Shown here: positions 14,401-26,828 of the stretch, in pieces
Position numbering within the stretch: position 1 is the stretch's first letter
Layout: every line of letters begins with the position of its first letter
Source: Phoronis australis
Taxonomy: Eukaryota > Animalia > Phoronida
NCBI GenBank assembly: GCA_002633005.1
Contig: NMRA01000119.1
Span: 436,650-500,649 of the forward strand
Length of the DNA stretch: 64,000 nucleotides
Direction: 5' to 3'
The notes under the pieces: model-generated
What the model saw: only the letters and a program-made list of their open reading frames with translations
Told to the model about the DNA's origin: nothing
Databases searched by the model: none
Position numbers and translations under genes: made by a program

Positions 14401-14930
14401 TCTTAAATCTATTTTTCACACAAACTTGGTCCAGTCCTGGGCATTTCGTCGATGTGCTTCAGTCGTCCGTGCATCATTTCGTCAAATGCCACAAATCTCG
14501 CAAACTCGAGCTTTGAATGGTGGCGTTTTAGGGACACTGTCCGCTCATCCGAGTTTAGAGTAGCGGCTGTAGAAACATTCTGTTGTCGAGTCTGTGTCGT
14601 TGCTGTCGTCTGCTTCTTTGCTTTCATCGTCAGATGTAACTGGGGTGACGGATTCACTACCAAAACTTTGAAAATCAGTAGAATCCGACGAATACTTCTT
14701 GCGTTCCACAAGTACAGTCTGAACTGTCGTTGTCTTGACCTCAGATGAGCCGTTTGGCTGCGACGGCGAATTGTTCTTTGAACGCTGCCATCTTTTTCGA
14801 GGTTTTTCTTTTCGTTTTTTCCTATACATCAGTCACGAACAGTTCATTCAACATTCCAAAGCCCATTGCTACCGTAGCCACCGATACTTCTACTTCTTTC
14901 TGAAACAATTTTCTTTCCCTTCGCTCTGAG
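11450..14930. pseudogene. Block of decayed, intronless, compact ORF remnants (possible endogenous viral / Polinton-like or transposon-derived)
   Basis: Protein-like frames broken by stops and frameshifts lie on both strands, separated by short very AT-rich spacers (~12070-12100, ~13030-13120). One remnant has a CEICG zinc-finger-like start (~14500, minus). No family could be identified. Confidence 0.3.
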
Positions 14931-15959
14931 TAAATGACTGATTGTGCCGATGTCATCAAAACGTCATGCTTCATGACCTCATTTTGATGTGTTGGACCCA
15001 GTCGAATAAAATTAAATTCAATGTCAAGATTACTGTAATTGGGTTATTTTTAGATTAAATTATTTAGCGCTTTGAAAATTATTACTGAGCTATGGAGCCT
15101 GTCAATCTAACTGGCGGTTCTCAACTCTCTCAAGGAGCAAACAATGGGTGTGCAACCAGCTTTCGGCGCACATCGGTTAACCCGACACACAATCCCATAA
15201 AAGCTACAAGTGCTAAACTGCCCCCGTGCCCACCCGAAAGGGAAAAATATTCAAGACCTGCAAACTTATTGAGACAATGTGACGTGACTGTATTTCTACT
15301 GTTATATTCGTGTCAGAACAATGCCAGACACGTTTTCACCAAACATTTGTGTTCAAATGTCTCTTTTACGTGACAAGTTAGCTGTAAAAAACGTAATGTT
15401 TCTTGCATATAAGATTTCCCGCCTTATATTTTCAATGGCACGGGGGGATCTAACTTAAGCGATCAGGAAAAGCAACTTGAAAAAGACACTTTTGAGATAA
15501 TTACCCAATAATGGAAGTGTACACCACATTTTAGTACATAACAATGAAGATTACAATTTGCCACACGAGAAAGTAAACACCATTGGCACCAATTTACCAA
15601 GCCCCAGGTCGTCAACGTTTTCGCCCAAATTTTGAAGTTCCTCCCTTTTCTACCACTTGGGCGTATGAACACCTGACGGGCACCCGGTGGGAGAGTTCGT
15701 AAGACGGGTATCTCTTTAGGGTTGGGGGTCTCTCCCTAAAGATAAGATTTTTAACACTTCTTGATCTTTCTGTGAATTTCGTTTCATTCCAATGGTAGTC
15801 TATTATAGTCTAAGAGTTTAAACTGCCGAAATCTTTGTTTACTATCACCCATACTTTCTTTGAGTACTTTGAAATCCACAAAACTTATACATGAGACCAA
15901 AAAGCTAATTTGGCTGAGTGGCAGATGTCGCAGAGCCAGAATCTTTTAACTTGACAAGT

Positions 15960-16230
15960 TTGAAGAGACATCGGTTTTACGGCATGAAAAGCATTTTGGG
16001 GTTGTTAATGGATGGGATAGACTTCTTGCAGTTATTACCTTTGATCAGAGCAGTAAAACAACAATAATCTGTTGCGTTTGTGATTTTATTACAAATTGCG
16101 AATTCTCGCCGTTGTTTGCCAGGCATTCGCTTAAAATAGTGTCATATAGCGAGTGGATTTAGCTCCAACAGCAATACGTTTGACTGAGACCGCGGGGGTC
16201 GCAGGTTAAATTCCACGCTGAGGCTTTGAG
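15960..16230 (+). repeat. Old interspersed repeat (family D); related copies ~21070-21370 (-), ~39550-39820, ~40390-40520
   Basis: Diverged shared blocks such as (CA)ACAGATTTTGTTGCTTT..AGCTCT and GAG(C/A)TAAATCC(C)ACT occur at these sites. Confidence 0.5.
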
Positions 16231-16337
16231 CCAACTTCGCGGTGTCAGGTCAAACGGTACGTGGGGCAAACTGAGGATTTTCTCGACAAATACCTGTTCT
16301 CGCCGTCGTGTACTCAAATTTATGGCAACTTGAAAAC

Positions 16338-18181
16338 CTCGCTGGTTCCCTGCGTGCTTAGCCCAGCCAGCACGCAGGTATCACGCAGTGGCACGCGCTT
16401 TAGCATTGGTCGATGTAATCTTGGCAGTCATTGGTTAGCTTTACAACACCGTGAAAAAATGGCGGATTGTGAACGATTTTTAGCCTTGTCATGCAAGTGG
16501 CGTCGTACACTCTATCACAGTGCTAAACGAAAGTTAGCACTGTAGAATGTTGTTTAATATGGCCTCCCATTGGTTAAAGTAATGAAACTGACGTCATAAC
16601 ATTCAGCCATTCCCATTGGTTGAAAGTTGGGAAACCCCTTTCAGTTTACAAATTGCGAAGTGTGGCGACCACGGATTTTAGTAGTTGCATTTTATTAAAA
16701 CGGACAGTGGTGGGAGTGAATGAGACCAAGAAAACCCCAATACAGTGGCTTAAGCCGAAACAAATCCGATGTACAAAGGTGTGTGTCAGTGGTGGCGATG
16801 TGGTCNGTTTGAACATGTATAGTTTTCAAATCTTGTTATATTTTACCAAATTTAGACTAGATCTCTCTGTCAGGGATGGACAAGTTCTCAGCCTTCACAA
16901 AGCGACCAATTCTCTTGTCATAAATAAATCCAACAACAATCTTCTGAAGAAATACTATTCTTTTTATTCTTTAGACAAAAGTGTAGATATTTTTGCCATC
17001 ACAAACTCATCGGAAATATTGCTTTTGTGTAATTCACGAGTTAGTGGTTTGCTGCCATTCTTTCGTCGCTATCGTTTTTTGTGTTAATAAACAGGCGCTT
17101 GGGTTTATCGCAAATGACGTCACTCAATAATATATATAAGAAAACATAAAGGTTGGACACTCGAAATCTGTTTGCTCAGAATTTTCTACTCAAATGTGCA
17201 TGGAACTCCACGAAACTAGCATCGGACAACTCTTAAAATACTTTCTTTCATTTGGCGACAAAAATGACAAAAGATTGCCAAAATCGCAAATTCAAGGACG
17301 TGATTCCGTGATGTCATGGCAGACGGTCTTCGCACATCCGGGTTTTTGAAGGACGCTCGCGAGCTAAATTCGAAAGTCTACTTTCGCGCGGCTTTCATAA
17401 TCAATCCCTCGACTACTTGATCATGAGAAGAAGAGAGCACTTTATTGTCAAATAAATGTAATTACTCACATATTTGTGTCAAATATAAATTATCTTGATA
17501 CTGTATTGATATGCGAAGTTTTTGTGTACTGTGATTTCTTATGAAGGTTTTACTTTTGGCCAAAACCATTGAGTTAACTCGTCGGCCACGCGCATTGTAA
17601 TACTTGCACGGACTGCGTTTCCNCATTTTGTTTACATCGGAAGTAAAACCAAGGCATGCGCATTGATGCCCACACACGGAATTCCGTGTGTCGGTCATCA
17701 TGTTTCCACAGGGCCACTTTGCAGTATAGGTGGCGCTGTGTCAGAGGGTAGTGGCGTCGCAGCAACTATTTCGTTTCTGCAGTGATGTTTAATAGCCGCG
17801 TGCTTGAAGCACATACATGCACAATAAACACATATTATGTGGCCGATTTAACCGGTGTGTTATTCATACTGTATAAGGACACTGTCGTAAACAAAAGTCA
17901 TCGACAGTAGAAAGATGCATTCCGAAAAGGCTCAGTCACAATTTCTAGGCTTCACATTTCCTGAACATAAATTTTAAGCACCGATTTGTCTGTACAACAG
18001 ACCACATTTACACTTCAGTCCATCAGTCATGCCAGTTTGTTAGCGCAAAGCGCTGCCTGTTGAGAATTCGACTAGCCAATCAGAAACGCCGGTGTAAAAT
18101 AATTTACCGAGGAAAATTAAGTGATACCTGCGTGCTGGCGCGGCTACCGCCCCACCTAGCGGCACGCAGGGAACCAGCGAG
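16338..18181. mobile_element. Non-autonomous DNA transposon with TIRs and 9-bp TSD (Mutator/MULE-like, family E)
   Basis: Left end CTCGCTGGTTCCCTGCGTGC...GCCAGCACGCAGGTATCAC; right end GTGATACCTGCGTGCTGGC...GCACGCAGGGAACCAGCGAG. Perfect flanking 9-mer CTTGAAAAC at 16329-16337 and 18182-18190. Confidence 0.85.
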
Positions 18182-19083
18182 CTTGAAAACTTGAACATGT
18201 AAAGTTTTCAAATCTTGTTTTATTTTACCAAATTTAGACTAGATCTCTCTGTCAGGGATGGACAAGTTCTCAGCCTCCACAAAGCGACCAATTCTCTTGT
18301 CATGATAAATAAACCCAACAACAATCTTAGAAGAAATACTATTCTTTTTATTCCTTAGACAAAAGTGCAGATATTTTTGCCATCACAAACTCATGTTAAT
18401 GGTTTGCTGCCATTTTTTCGTCGCTATCGTTTTTTGTGTTAATACAGTCGAGTCTCATATCTTTGGTTGGTTGTGACACATGACTTAGCTTTTCGCATGA
18501 ATATATTTCGTGGTTTGACGTCTCTGCGATACTTTGTTTGAAACGTTTCTCGGCAAGTTTGTAGTTCAACATAATTCCCCGCCTAAATTGTTGACAATGC
18601 CAGACGACTATCTATATGAAGCCATCCTGGGAGAGCCCTTAATTCGAGAAGCTACATAATTTAGAAACAGGAAAAATAACATTCTTAATTGTTACGTTCC
18701 AAAACATGCATGCATGATGTACTAATGGGTAATCAAATATAGTTGAAGCAAAAAAAATAACGCAGGAAGATGAAAAAACAACAAAAGTACTCGTTTAGAA
18801 CTATTATAAATCTCAAGTGACGTATTTTATGTGTGTTGGCAGCAAGTTTTCGCTTAATAATGCAGGTGTTGCATCGCCTATGTCATTCTGCGGACACAAA
18901 ATCTGGTGTCTTTCCAAGTGTATGAGAGGATTATCAGAAAGTCAGAATACGCAGAAGTGTGTAGTGTTTAATGCAATTGCTTTCGGAAATCTTTTGTAGA
19001 ATTACAGTCTTGTCAATTTTATAATAATAATAAAAAGTGTAATTGCCTAATTATATGAGTATTTCTTCTAGGCTTTTGTTTAA

Positions 19084-19480
19084 GGGAGTATTCACACATA
19101 ACGTCATCCAAAATTTGCTACTTTTNCCTTCTGTCATCACCCGTCATCATGATGTAAAGCACCCAGCTTCTAATTACGTCATCACATCTAATCCCTCTGC
19201 TTAGGCAGTGATGGAGTGGGTCTCTCGTTTGTCTGTGTACAGGCTTACATGGTAAATTTACTGAAATGTGATCAAATCTTGGAAGCGTGAAACGGCAGGT
19301 ACGGGTTTCGTAATTAGTCAGTTCCGCTGGATGAACCTGTTTCCTAACGGTATGAACAGTGAAGGAGATATTCTAAACAAACCACGTGATGCCATCACCA
19401 TGAATCTAACCCCTCCCCCTATCATAAATCGTCATCTTTTCCAAACCCCCTCGACTGATGACGTAATGTGTGAACGCTCC
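19084..19480. mobile_element. MITE with ~24-bp TIRs (PIF/Harbinger-like)
   Basis: GGAGTATTCACACATAACGTCATC ... GATGACGTAATGTGTGAACGCTCC, with T(T)AA flanks. Confidence 0.65.
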
Positions 19481-19679
19481 TTAAATGGAAAGCGACCGTT
19501 TTTGAGCTTGCCTGTAGTGAAATTACTGATCTCTAGTAATCTTGGAGACACATTTTCCTGCTAAAGCAGTTAAAACAAAGATATTTCTGACACGAGACTT
19601 CACTACGCCCTCTCATGGGATCTCGGAGTACTATTGAGCCAATGGTGAAGAGAAGTGAGTACGTAATTTCCATGGAACA

Positions 19680-20180
19680 ATTGAATGTGACGAGGACGGT
19701 CCAACAAAAGGTACGTTTGGCTCTGCATTATGTACCCTACAAAAATGGCCAAATTTGGCTAATTTTGGAACATCATATCTCAGAAATGGCTAATTGGATT
19801 CACATGAAACTTATAGATTCTACTGCTTTGTGCACTGTTCTAATAAACTCTATTAGGAATTGCTTTTAAAATACCCACTTTTAGATGAGGGTCTTCTATG
19901 ATTTTCGTGAAGAAATTTTAAAGTTGCATAAAACGAAAACGAGATATTTTTGAAAACTGTGATAGCGTTTCTGAGATCGTACCATGAACATTTACATCAA
20001 ATAAAGTTCATACCTTTAGTATGCTAACAATGTGCATTTCGTTTTGCGTAAGTTACAACAGATATGGTCACGTGACACAACTATTAACAGGTTGATAAAA
20101 AGTCAAAAATGAAACTCCACAGGCTTTCTTCTTTCAGAAAGTACATGCTTTTACTGGTTTAAATATACAGTTTGCTACAT
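19680..20180 (+). repeat. Diverged interspersed repeat; related inverted copy at ~61000-61520
   Basis: Shared reverse-complement blocks: ACAGGCTTT..CTTTCAGAA and TTTTAAAGTTGCATAAAACGAAAAC here, versus TTTTCGTTTAATGGAACTTTTGAA in the other copy. Confidence 0.45.
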
Positions 20181-20837
20181 GCAAATGCTTGCCGATAAGG
20201 CTCTACATAACCAGCCTAGTCAAGACGAAAATTGTATAGTTCACAGACACCTGCCAAGAGAATATGATTATGTTAACATTAAAAATGATTTTCCAAAGAA
20301 ATAAGCTAATCAAAAATGGTAATACAATCTTGCAATCCCAAAAGTATGTATATGCCAGACTCAAGGACGTCGTTGCGAACAGGACTAATCGAGGCAAATC
20401 GACCCGGCCTCTAACTCAGTCGACTAGGAACGCCCGGGTTATGTTACCGAAATGGCGAAATCTTGGAGATTAGCGAGAGTCGCGTTTTGGATGGGTCAAT
20501 GAAACACATATCCACAAACAAGTCAATTTACACAATGTTTCAGTTGCATTAGGAGCATCTTTTCTCGGAAACATCGCATGCACAATAAATAGCCAATTGT
20601 CGCTGTTCTATCAGGGTCTATTTATGATTACAGAGAAAACAGGAGAGAAGGGGTTCGGAAAGGAGAAAAAGAGAGGGAGCGAGAGAAGAATAGACAGTGG
20701 GGAGGGGGAGAGGCTTGCGAGAGATCGGGAGAGAGATCGAGGGGGGGGGAGAAGGAGGAAGTTGGTACAAATATACACTCAAATGCACCTTTACACCCGA
20801 ATGTATTGTGTTTACATGGGAAAAATACATACCGTAA

Positions 20838-20992
20838 CAGGGGCGGATCCAGGATTTTGAGTGGGGTGGGGACAGGGCAGAGTATTAGCCAGGATTTTTC
20901 CAGTGAGACATTCGCACCCCCGAACTGGCAAATGGAATCTGGAAGAATTTTAGGGGGCGTGTCCTCCATGGCCCCCTTTAAATCCTCCACTG
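20838..20992 (+). mobile_element. ~155-bp MITE with CAG(G/T)GGCGGAT termini (family B, hAT-like); copies at 40560-40633 (partial), 45620-45750 (-), 47413-47569 (-)
   Basis: CAGGGGCGGATCCAGG ... CCCCTTTAAATCCTCCACTG termini and the shared core AGACATTCGCACCCCCGAACTG. Confidence 0.75.
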
Positions 20993-22770
20993 TGTAAAAA
21001 GCAAACACTCTACGGAAATTTACATTCGAGTACTAACAGCATATAAACGGGGCTGAGGGACAAATTAAATTTCTGAGATCAGCCTCAACGCGGAATCGAG
21101 CCTAGTATACCTGAGGTCGCTTTCTAACGCTCTGCTGGCGGAGATAAATCCCACTCGACAAACAGCAGAGTCTTTTAAACGCATTTAACTGGTAACTGAT
21201 TTCACCGAATGACCTGCGAAATTAGTGATTTGTAATAAAATTACAAAACACAACAGATTTTGTTGCTTTGTAGCTCTACTGTTCAAACCTAATAACTTCA
21301 AGATGTCTATCCATCCTGCAACAATTCCAAAACAGCGTTTTTCGGCAGTAAAACCGATCCTGCCCTTTAAAGGTATACAGCGCGCCTTTCGAATTTTCTG
21401 CAGACTACGTGTACATTAATGGCAAGATTTTTTAAACCTTGTATTTCGATAGTAAGTGATTTTATGCTATTCTCGAAGACATGCCTATTTTTTTGCACCT
21501 ATGCCTGACGAGAACTTCGCGAGAGCCCTGGAAACAGGCTAGAGTTTGCGGCACTTTCCTAAGAAATTTTTCTTAATTTATGCTTGCCAAGGTGAAATCC
21601 GTTTTTCCGGTGGCATCCAGTTACGGTTTAAAAGTACAATTAATCTGTAGGCTACTTTAAAAATGGTAGAAATCGTAGTCACATACGTTTTTAAATACCG
21701 TAATCTAGCAGCTTGTAAACGTCGAAACTTATAGATATATACTGGACCGACAAGCACACGGTCATACACAACGAATGAAAATTTCAACGATAATTTAGAA
21801 TGGTGTCGAACCTAAGTTGCTTCCACAGGGCTGTCAGTTTAACGCCCTCACGGTCCGCACGGGCGTTCTCACAAACAGCGTCGTTTTCTCACCATGTCAT
21901 TCTTTTCTTACGAGTTGAAGTTATTTTCGTATCAACCACTTACTCTCAATTTTTTTCTCGTTCACCTTTTTGGACAGGTCGTAAGCCTAATAGCAACTCC
22001 TTGTCTCTCTCCATGACCTGAGTTCCTTGCACGTCAGTTCAAGAACGATTCATAAATGACGGTCTCGTTGTCCTTGAAAACGCATCGACACCACCTGAGC
22101 GTAAAATCGTTGTTACTTTGTATGGTTGTTCTTTGATTCTCATTTTGGTTCTTTTTATGCTGATTTGATATTGTATTGACGTGTAACATTAAATGAAATC
22201 GTAAGTTGAACATGAATTCTGTATTATGAATTGTCTACGGATTTCGTTAGGATAACATGTTTCTACACTTTAATAAGCGTTGAAATCACGTGCACTTACT
22301 GTAGGTCTTTAACGTTTGACATTGGACCTTTTTGTTCTCGTGGTTATACCATTAGTACAAAGCGTACCCTGGCGAGTGGTCACGAGCTAAATCTCGCACG
22401 CCAGAGGAACCCAGTACCAATCTCCAACTCAGTTTAGATGTTTAGAATGACCCACTGTAGCATTTTAAATGTTATTTGTAGAGATTTATGTCTTGTCCGC
22501 GAACAAGTCGCCCTCTAACCATGGTGTATTTCAATCCGAAATCACAGAAGTGCCAAGAAACCATAATTGTTCCGGAGAAAAGAAATCCGTTCACGAGAAA
22601 ACGAAATGTGGCCAACTGCCGCCAAAAACAAAGGAGCTGGCCAGGGTACAAAATGGGTTGCAGTTAAATAGAAATGAACTACAACTCGCAAGAAAAGAAT
22701 TTACATTACGCCTAATGGGAGAAGCTCACTGTTAATGAGAACACCCGTGCGGACTATGAGGAAGGAGGTT

Positions 22771-23771
22771 TAGTTGGCAGCCACTTATGGCTCGAGGCTC
22801 CTCGAGTTGACCACTTCCGTAACTATAACTATTCACACTATACGAGTGCGTCTCGTGCGACAAAAGCCTCAGTGTTGGTCACTCCTTGTACCAACTACTA
22901 TGATTGTTTTTCACTGTAAAATTGATTGATTACCTTGGCTAAGACATATCAGCTAAAATCTAGCCAAAATCACGTGCTCTCATTTAAAATGCACGGCAAT
23001 ACATCACGTAATCTCACGAAGTCTTCCTTTCAGTCTAGCGAGGTTCTAGATTGGTCTGTGAACCGAAAGCCATCAACGATCCGGTTGACCAGGTGGTACC
23101 AGCGAAATCAATCAATTGCAACCACTGTACCTGCTGATCAGTGGCAGGTTCCATGAAACAGTCCCTATTAGGGACTCAACCAAGTTCCCTAAATGTTTTG
23201 CTTATTTGTTTCGTTCATAACTCAAATATGTAATGTTAATTTTCTAACATCTTGCCTTTGTTACGAACTCCCCTTTGACTAATGAGCCCTTAATTTAATC
23301 AAAACAATTAGGGACTTAGTCCTTAAATTAGGAGTGTTGCATGAAAAGAATCCTACTTATTTTCAACAATACTGAAAATTCAAACGTAGAGTTCACACTC
23401 GATTTGTATCAAAGCCAAGTATTGGCCTAGTAATGATACTCAAACAGTATAAGAAAGGAAAATCAGTGTTTTCACAAGTCCACAAATGCACAGTAGATTT
23501 AGAGGACTTGGTTGAGTCCCTATTTGGGAAAGTTTCATGCAACCGGGCACTGAGTCCTTCGTGACGCAACGCGATAATGGCAGTTTGCAATAGGCCCCTA
23601 TACACCTTTTCTGGTCACTGGCCTTCCTGACCTGACGATCACAAGTCGGCAGTATTTCTCAACTCGCAATAAACAAGAGCAAACTCCAAATCGGTCAAGG
23701 AACTTACATGTACCTATAGGTTGGTCTTTGACCTTGCAGAGCAGTGGCGGATTTAGGGGGGCTCGGGGGGC
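22771..23771 (+). repeat. ~1-kb direct repeat, copy 1 (copy 2 at 25814-26828)
   Basis: Near-identical from TAGTTGGCAGCCACTTATGG to GGCGGATTTAGGGGGGCTCGGGGGG. Copy 2 has a ~14-nt insertion and only a few substitutions; the ORF track shows duplicated ORFs (23393-23605 vs 26450-26662). Confidence 0.95.
23147..23548. mobile_element. ~400-bp MITE with ~45-bp TIRs (copies ~26204-26605 and ~33949-34357)
   Basis: GGTT(G/C)CATGAAACAGTCCCTA(T/A)TAGGGACTCAAC ... GTTGAGTCCCTATTTGGGA..GTTTCATGCAACC. Confidence 0.8.
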
Positions 23772-24459
23772 GAATGCAAAATGCATAGGCCTTGAACAAA
23801 CCCCGTTTTTAGCAATAAGGTCCACAAACACAAAAATTCGAGACTCCCTACATCCTTAAATTTTAGACTGGGCGCGCAAATGAGGCGAAATTCTGGTTAT
23901 TCCTGTGGCCTGCCCCCCCCCCCCCCCNCTGGAGTAGCAGTGACGAATCTGATATTGAAACGTATTAAAAACTAACAGGAAACTACTGTTGACATTAAAC
24001 ATATAGTATGTAGCTTGATACAGTGATTTTGACTATCTGTTACTATGCTGTTTGAAAGTGTTGCTCTATTTCATGTAGTTTATTTTGATTAAAAAAAAGG
24101 TTTTTAAAAACACGTCTGCTACTTTTCTTTCAATGTATTGTTTAGTAGTCAATGATATGAAAGGGCTCATTGGAAATAATTTTCGTGGTTCCTCGATCTA
24201 GCGCAAATTTAGGGGCCATGTGTTGTCGCTGACGTATCCTTTCTGCTGGCAGTTTTGATAGCGTTTTATATTTTACACAATCTGCGTTCTTAAACTTCAC
24301 TAAGTGGGTTGGTTTTAGACAGTTCCTGGTATCCCAAAGTTTACTGTTATCAGGTACTTTCCAAAATGCTTACTCTCCGCCATCATCCATTTGACATCCA
24401 GTGTGAGAGCTCAGTAGACGCAAAAGTACATGTATAAGCTCATTATCTAATATGTCAAA

Positions 24460-25700
24460 ATTACTGACCGCGTAGTTGAGATTTCTGGGGCTGGCGAGTA
24501 CAACCCACACTGGGTTTTAACTGTCATAGCGTATTTGGTAACCAGTAACATTTACTTGAATCACATGGAATTGTTTATTGTGGTACCCCGAATGATGACC
24601 CAGCTTCTTTTACGGTGTAATTGAGTTTCTGGCGAACGCTTTCCAGAGCACAATTTGTTGTCTGTCATGGTCATCTGGTGGATAATTGGTTTTAAGTCAG
24701 TTTAAGCCGGTACCTCGGGTATCTATTGTACCTCAAAGTTTTGATAGCATATATTGTGGTTGAGATTTTTGAGGGTTTCTTCCAGGCACAATCCAGAGTG
24801 TATTTTGTCTGCCATAGGGCATTTAGTGACCTGTGACATGTATTGAACCTCATGGAATTGGTTTTGTGTGGTAACTCAAATTGAGTATGTGCTAGCTCAT
24901 TTTTTTTGGGGGGGGGGTCATTTTTTGGTTTCTGCTAAACCGATTCCAGAGTGCAATTTGTCTGTCATGGGTCATTTGGAGTTCAGTGCGGTACTATTGT
25001 TCGTTTATAATCAGTTTTGGCCCGTACTTCGAAAATCTAGTCTATCTCAAATTTTTGATGGCATACCGCGGTTGAGATTTTTGGGGGTTTCTGCCGGGCA
25101 CAATCCAGAGTCAGTGTAATTTGTCTGTCATAGGAGTTTTAGTGATCTGTGACATGTATTGAATCACATGGAATTGGTTTTGTGTGGTACCTCGAATGTA
25201 TATGCTAGCTCATTTTTGGGGGGTCCTTTTTGGGTTTCTGCCGGACCCATTCCAGAGTGCAATTTGTTTGTCATGGGTCATTTGGTGTTCAGTGCGGTAC
25301 TATTGTTCGTTTAAAATCTATTTTGGTCGGTACCTCGAAAATCTAGTCTAGCTAAAATTTTTGACGGCATACCATGGTTGAGATTTTTGGGGGTTTCTGC
25401 CGGGCACAACCCAGAGTGTATTTTGTCTGTCATAAGGGTTTTAGTGATCTGTGACATGTATTGAATCACATGGAATTGGTTTTGTGTGGTACCTCGAATG
25501 TATGTGCTAGCTCATTTTTGGGGGGTCCTTTTTTGGCTTCTGCCGGACCCATTCCAGAGTGCAATTTGTCTGTCATGGGTCATTCGGTGTTCAGTGCGGT
25601 ACTATTGTTCGTTTTAAATCAGTTTTGGTTGGTACCTCGAATATCTAGTCTAGCTCATTTTTTGGGGTCTTTGTAAGGCCCCCAGGGGTCACACCCAGAG
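24460..25700. repeat. Tandem satellite, ~300-310-bp unit made of two related ~150-bp subunits, about 4 units
   Basis: GGTTGAGATTTTTG(A/G)GGGTTTCT recurs at ~24758, ~25069 and ~25376, with a degenerate copy at ~24474. CCAGAGTG..TTTGTCTGTCAT and GGTACCTCGAA recur about every 150 nt. Confidence 0.85.
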
Positions 25701-25813
25701 TGCAGACAACGGCAGACGTCCATTTCTGTACATACTGAGGTGGACTTTAAATGCTCCCGTGGTCAGATGTTGGTACCTCGTTCATCTATGCTAAGTGCTC
25801 TGGGCTGCCGGTC

Positions 25814-26828
25814 TAGTTGGCAGCCACTTATGGCTCGAGGCTCCTCGAGTTGACCACTTCCGTAACTATAACTATTCACACTATACCAGTGCGTCTCGTG
25901 CGACAAAAGCCTCAGTGTTGGTCACTCCTTGTACCAACTACTATGATTGTTTTTCACTGTAAAATTGATTGATTACGTTGGCTAAGACATATCAGTAGCT
26001 GTCTCACGGCTAAAATCTAGCGAAAATCACGTGCTCTCATTTAAAATGCACGGCAATACATCACGTAATCTCACGAAGTCTTCCTTTCAGTCTAGCGAGG
26101 TTCTAGATTGGTCTGTGAACCGAAAGCCATCAACGATCCGGTTGACCAGGTGGTACCAGCGAAGTCAATCAATTGCAACCACTGTACCTGCTGATCAGTG
26201 GCAGGTTCCATGAAACAGTCCCTATTAGGGACTCAACCAAGTTCCCTAAATGTTTTGCTTATTTGTTTCGTTCATAACTCAAATATGTAATGTTAATTTT
26301 CTAACATCTTGCCTTTGTTACGAACTCCCCTTTGACTAATGAGCCCTTAATTTAATCAAAACAATTAGGGACTTAGTCCTTAAATTAGGTGTGTTGCATG
26401 AAAAGAATCCTACTTATTTTCAACAATACTGAAAATTCAAACGTAGAGTTCACTCTCGATTTGTATCAAAGCCAAGTATTGGCCTAGTAATGATACTCAA
26501 ACAGTATAAGAAAGGAAAATCAGTGTTTTCACAAGTCCACAAATGCACAGTAGACTTAGGGGACTTGGTTGAGTCCCTATTTGGGAAAGTTTCATGCAAC
26601 CGGGCACTGAGTCCTTCGTGACGCAACGCGATAATGGCAGTTTGCAATAGGCCCCTATACACCTTTTCTGGTCACTGGCCTTCCTGACCTAACGATCACA
26701 AGTCGGCAGTATTTCTCAACTCGCAATAAACAAGAGCAAACTCCAAATCGGTCAAGGAACTTACATGTACCTATAGGTTGGTCTTTGACCTTGCAAAGCA
26801 GTGGCGGATTTAGGGGGGCTCGGGGGGC
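25814..26828 (+). repeat. ~1-kb direct repeat, copy 2
   Basis: Near-identical to 22771-23771. Confidence 0.95.

Noticed and set aside
20597-21008. Overlapping ORFs
   Set aside because: Derived from a GA-rich simple repeat and a MITE.
22819-22832. TAACTATAAC resembling an LSU rRNA / homing-endonuclease site
   Set aside because: Only 10 nt match and there is no surrounding rRNA similarity.
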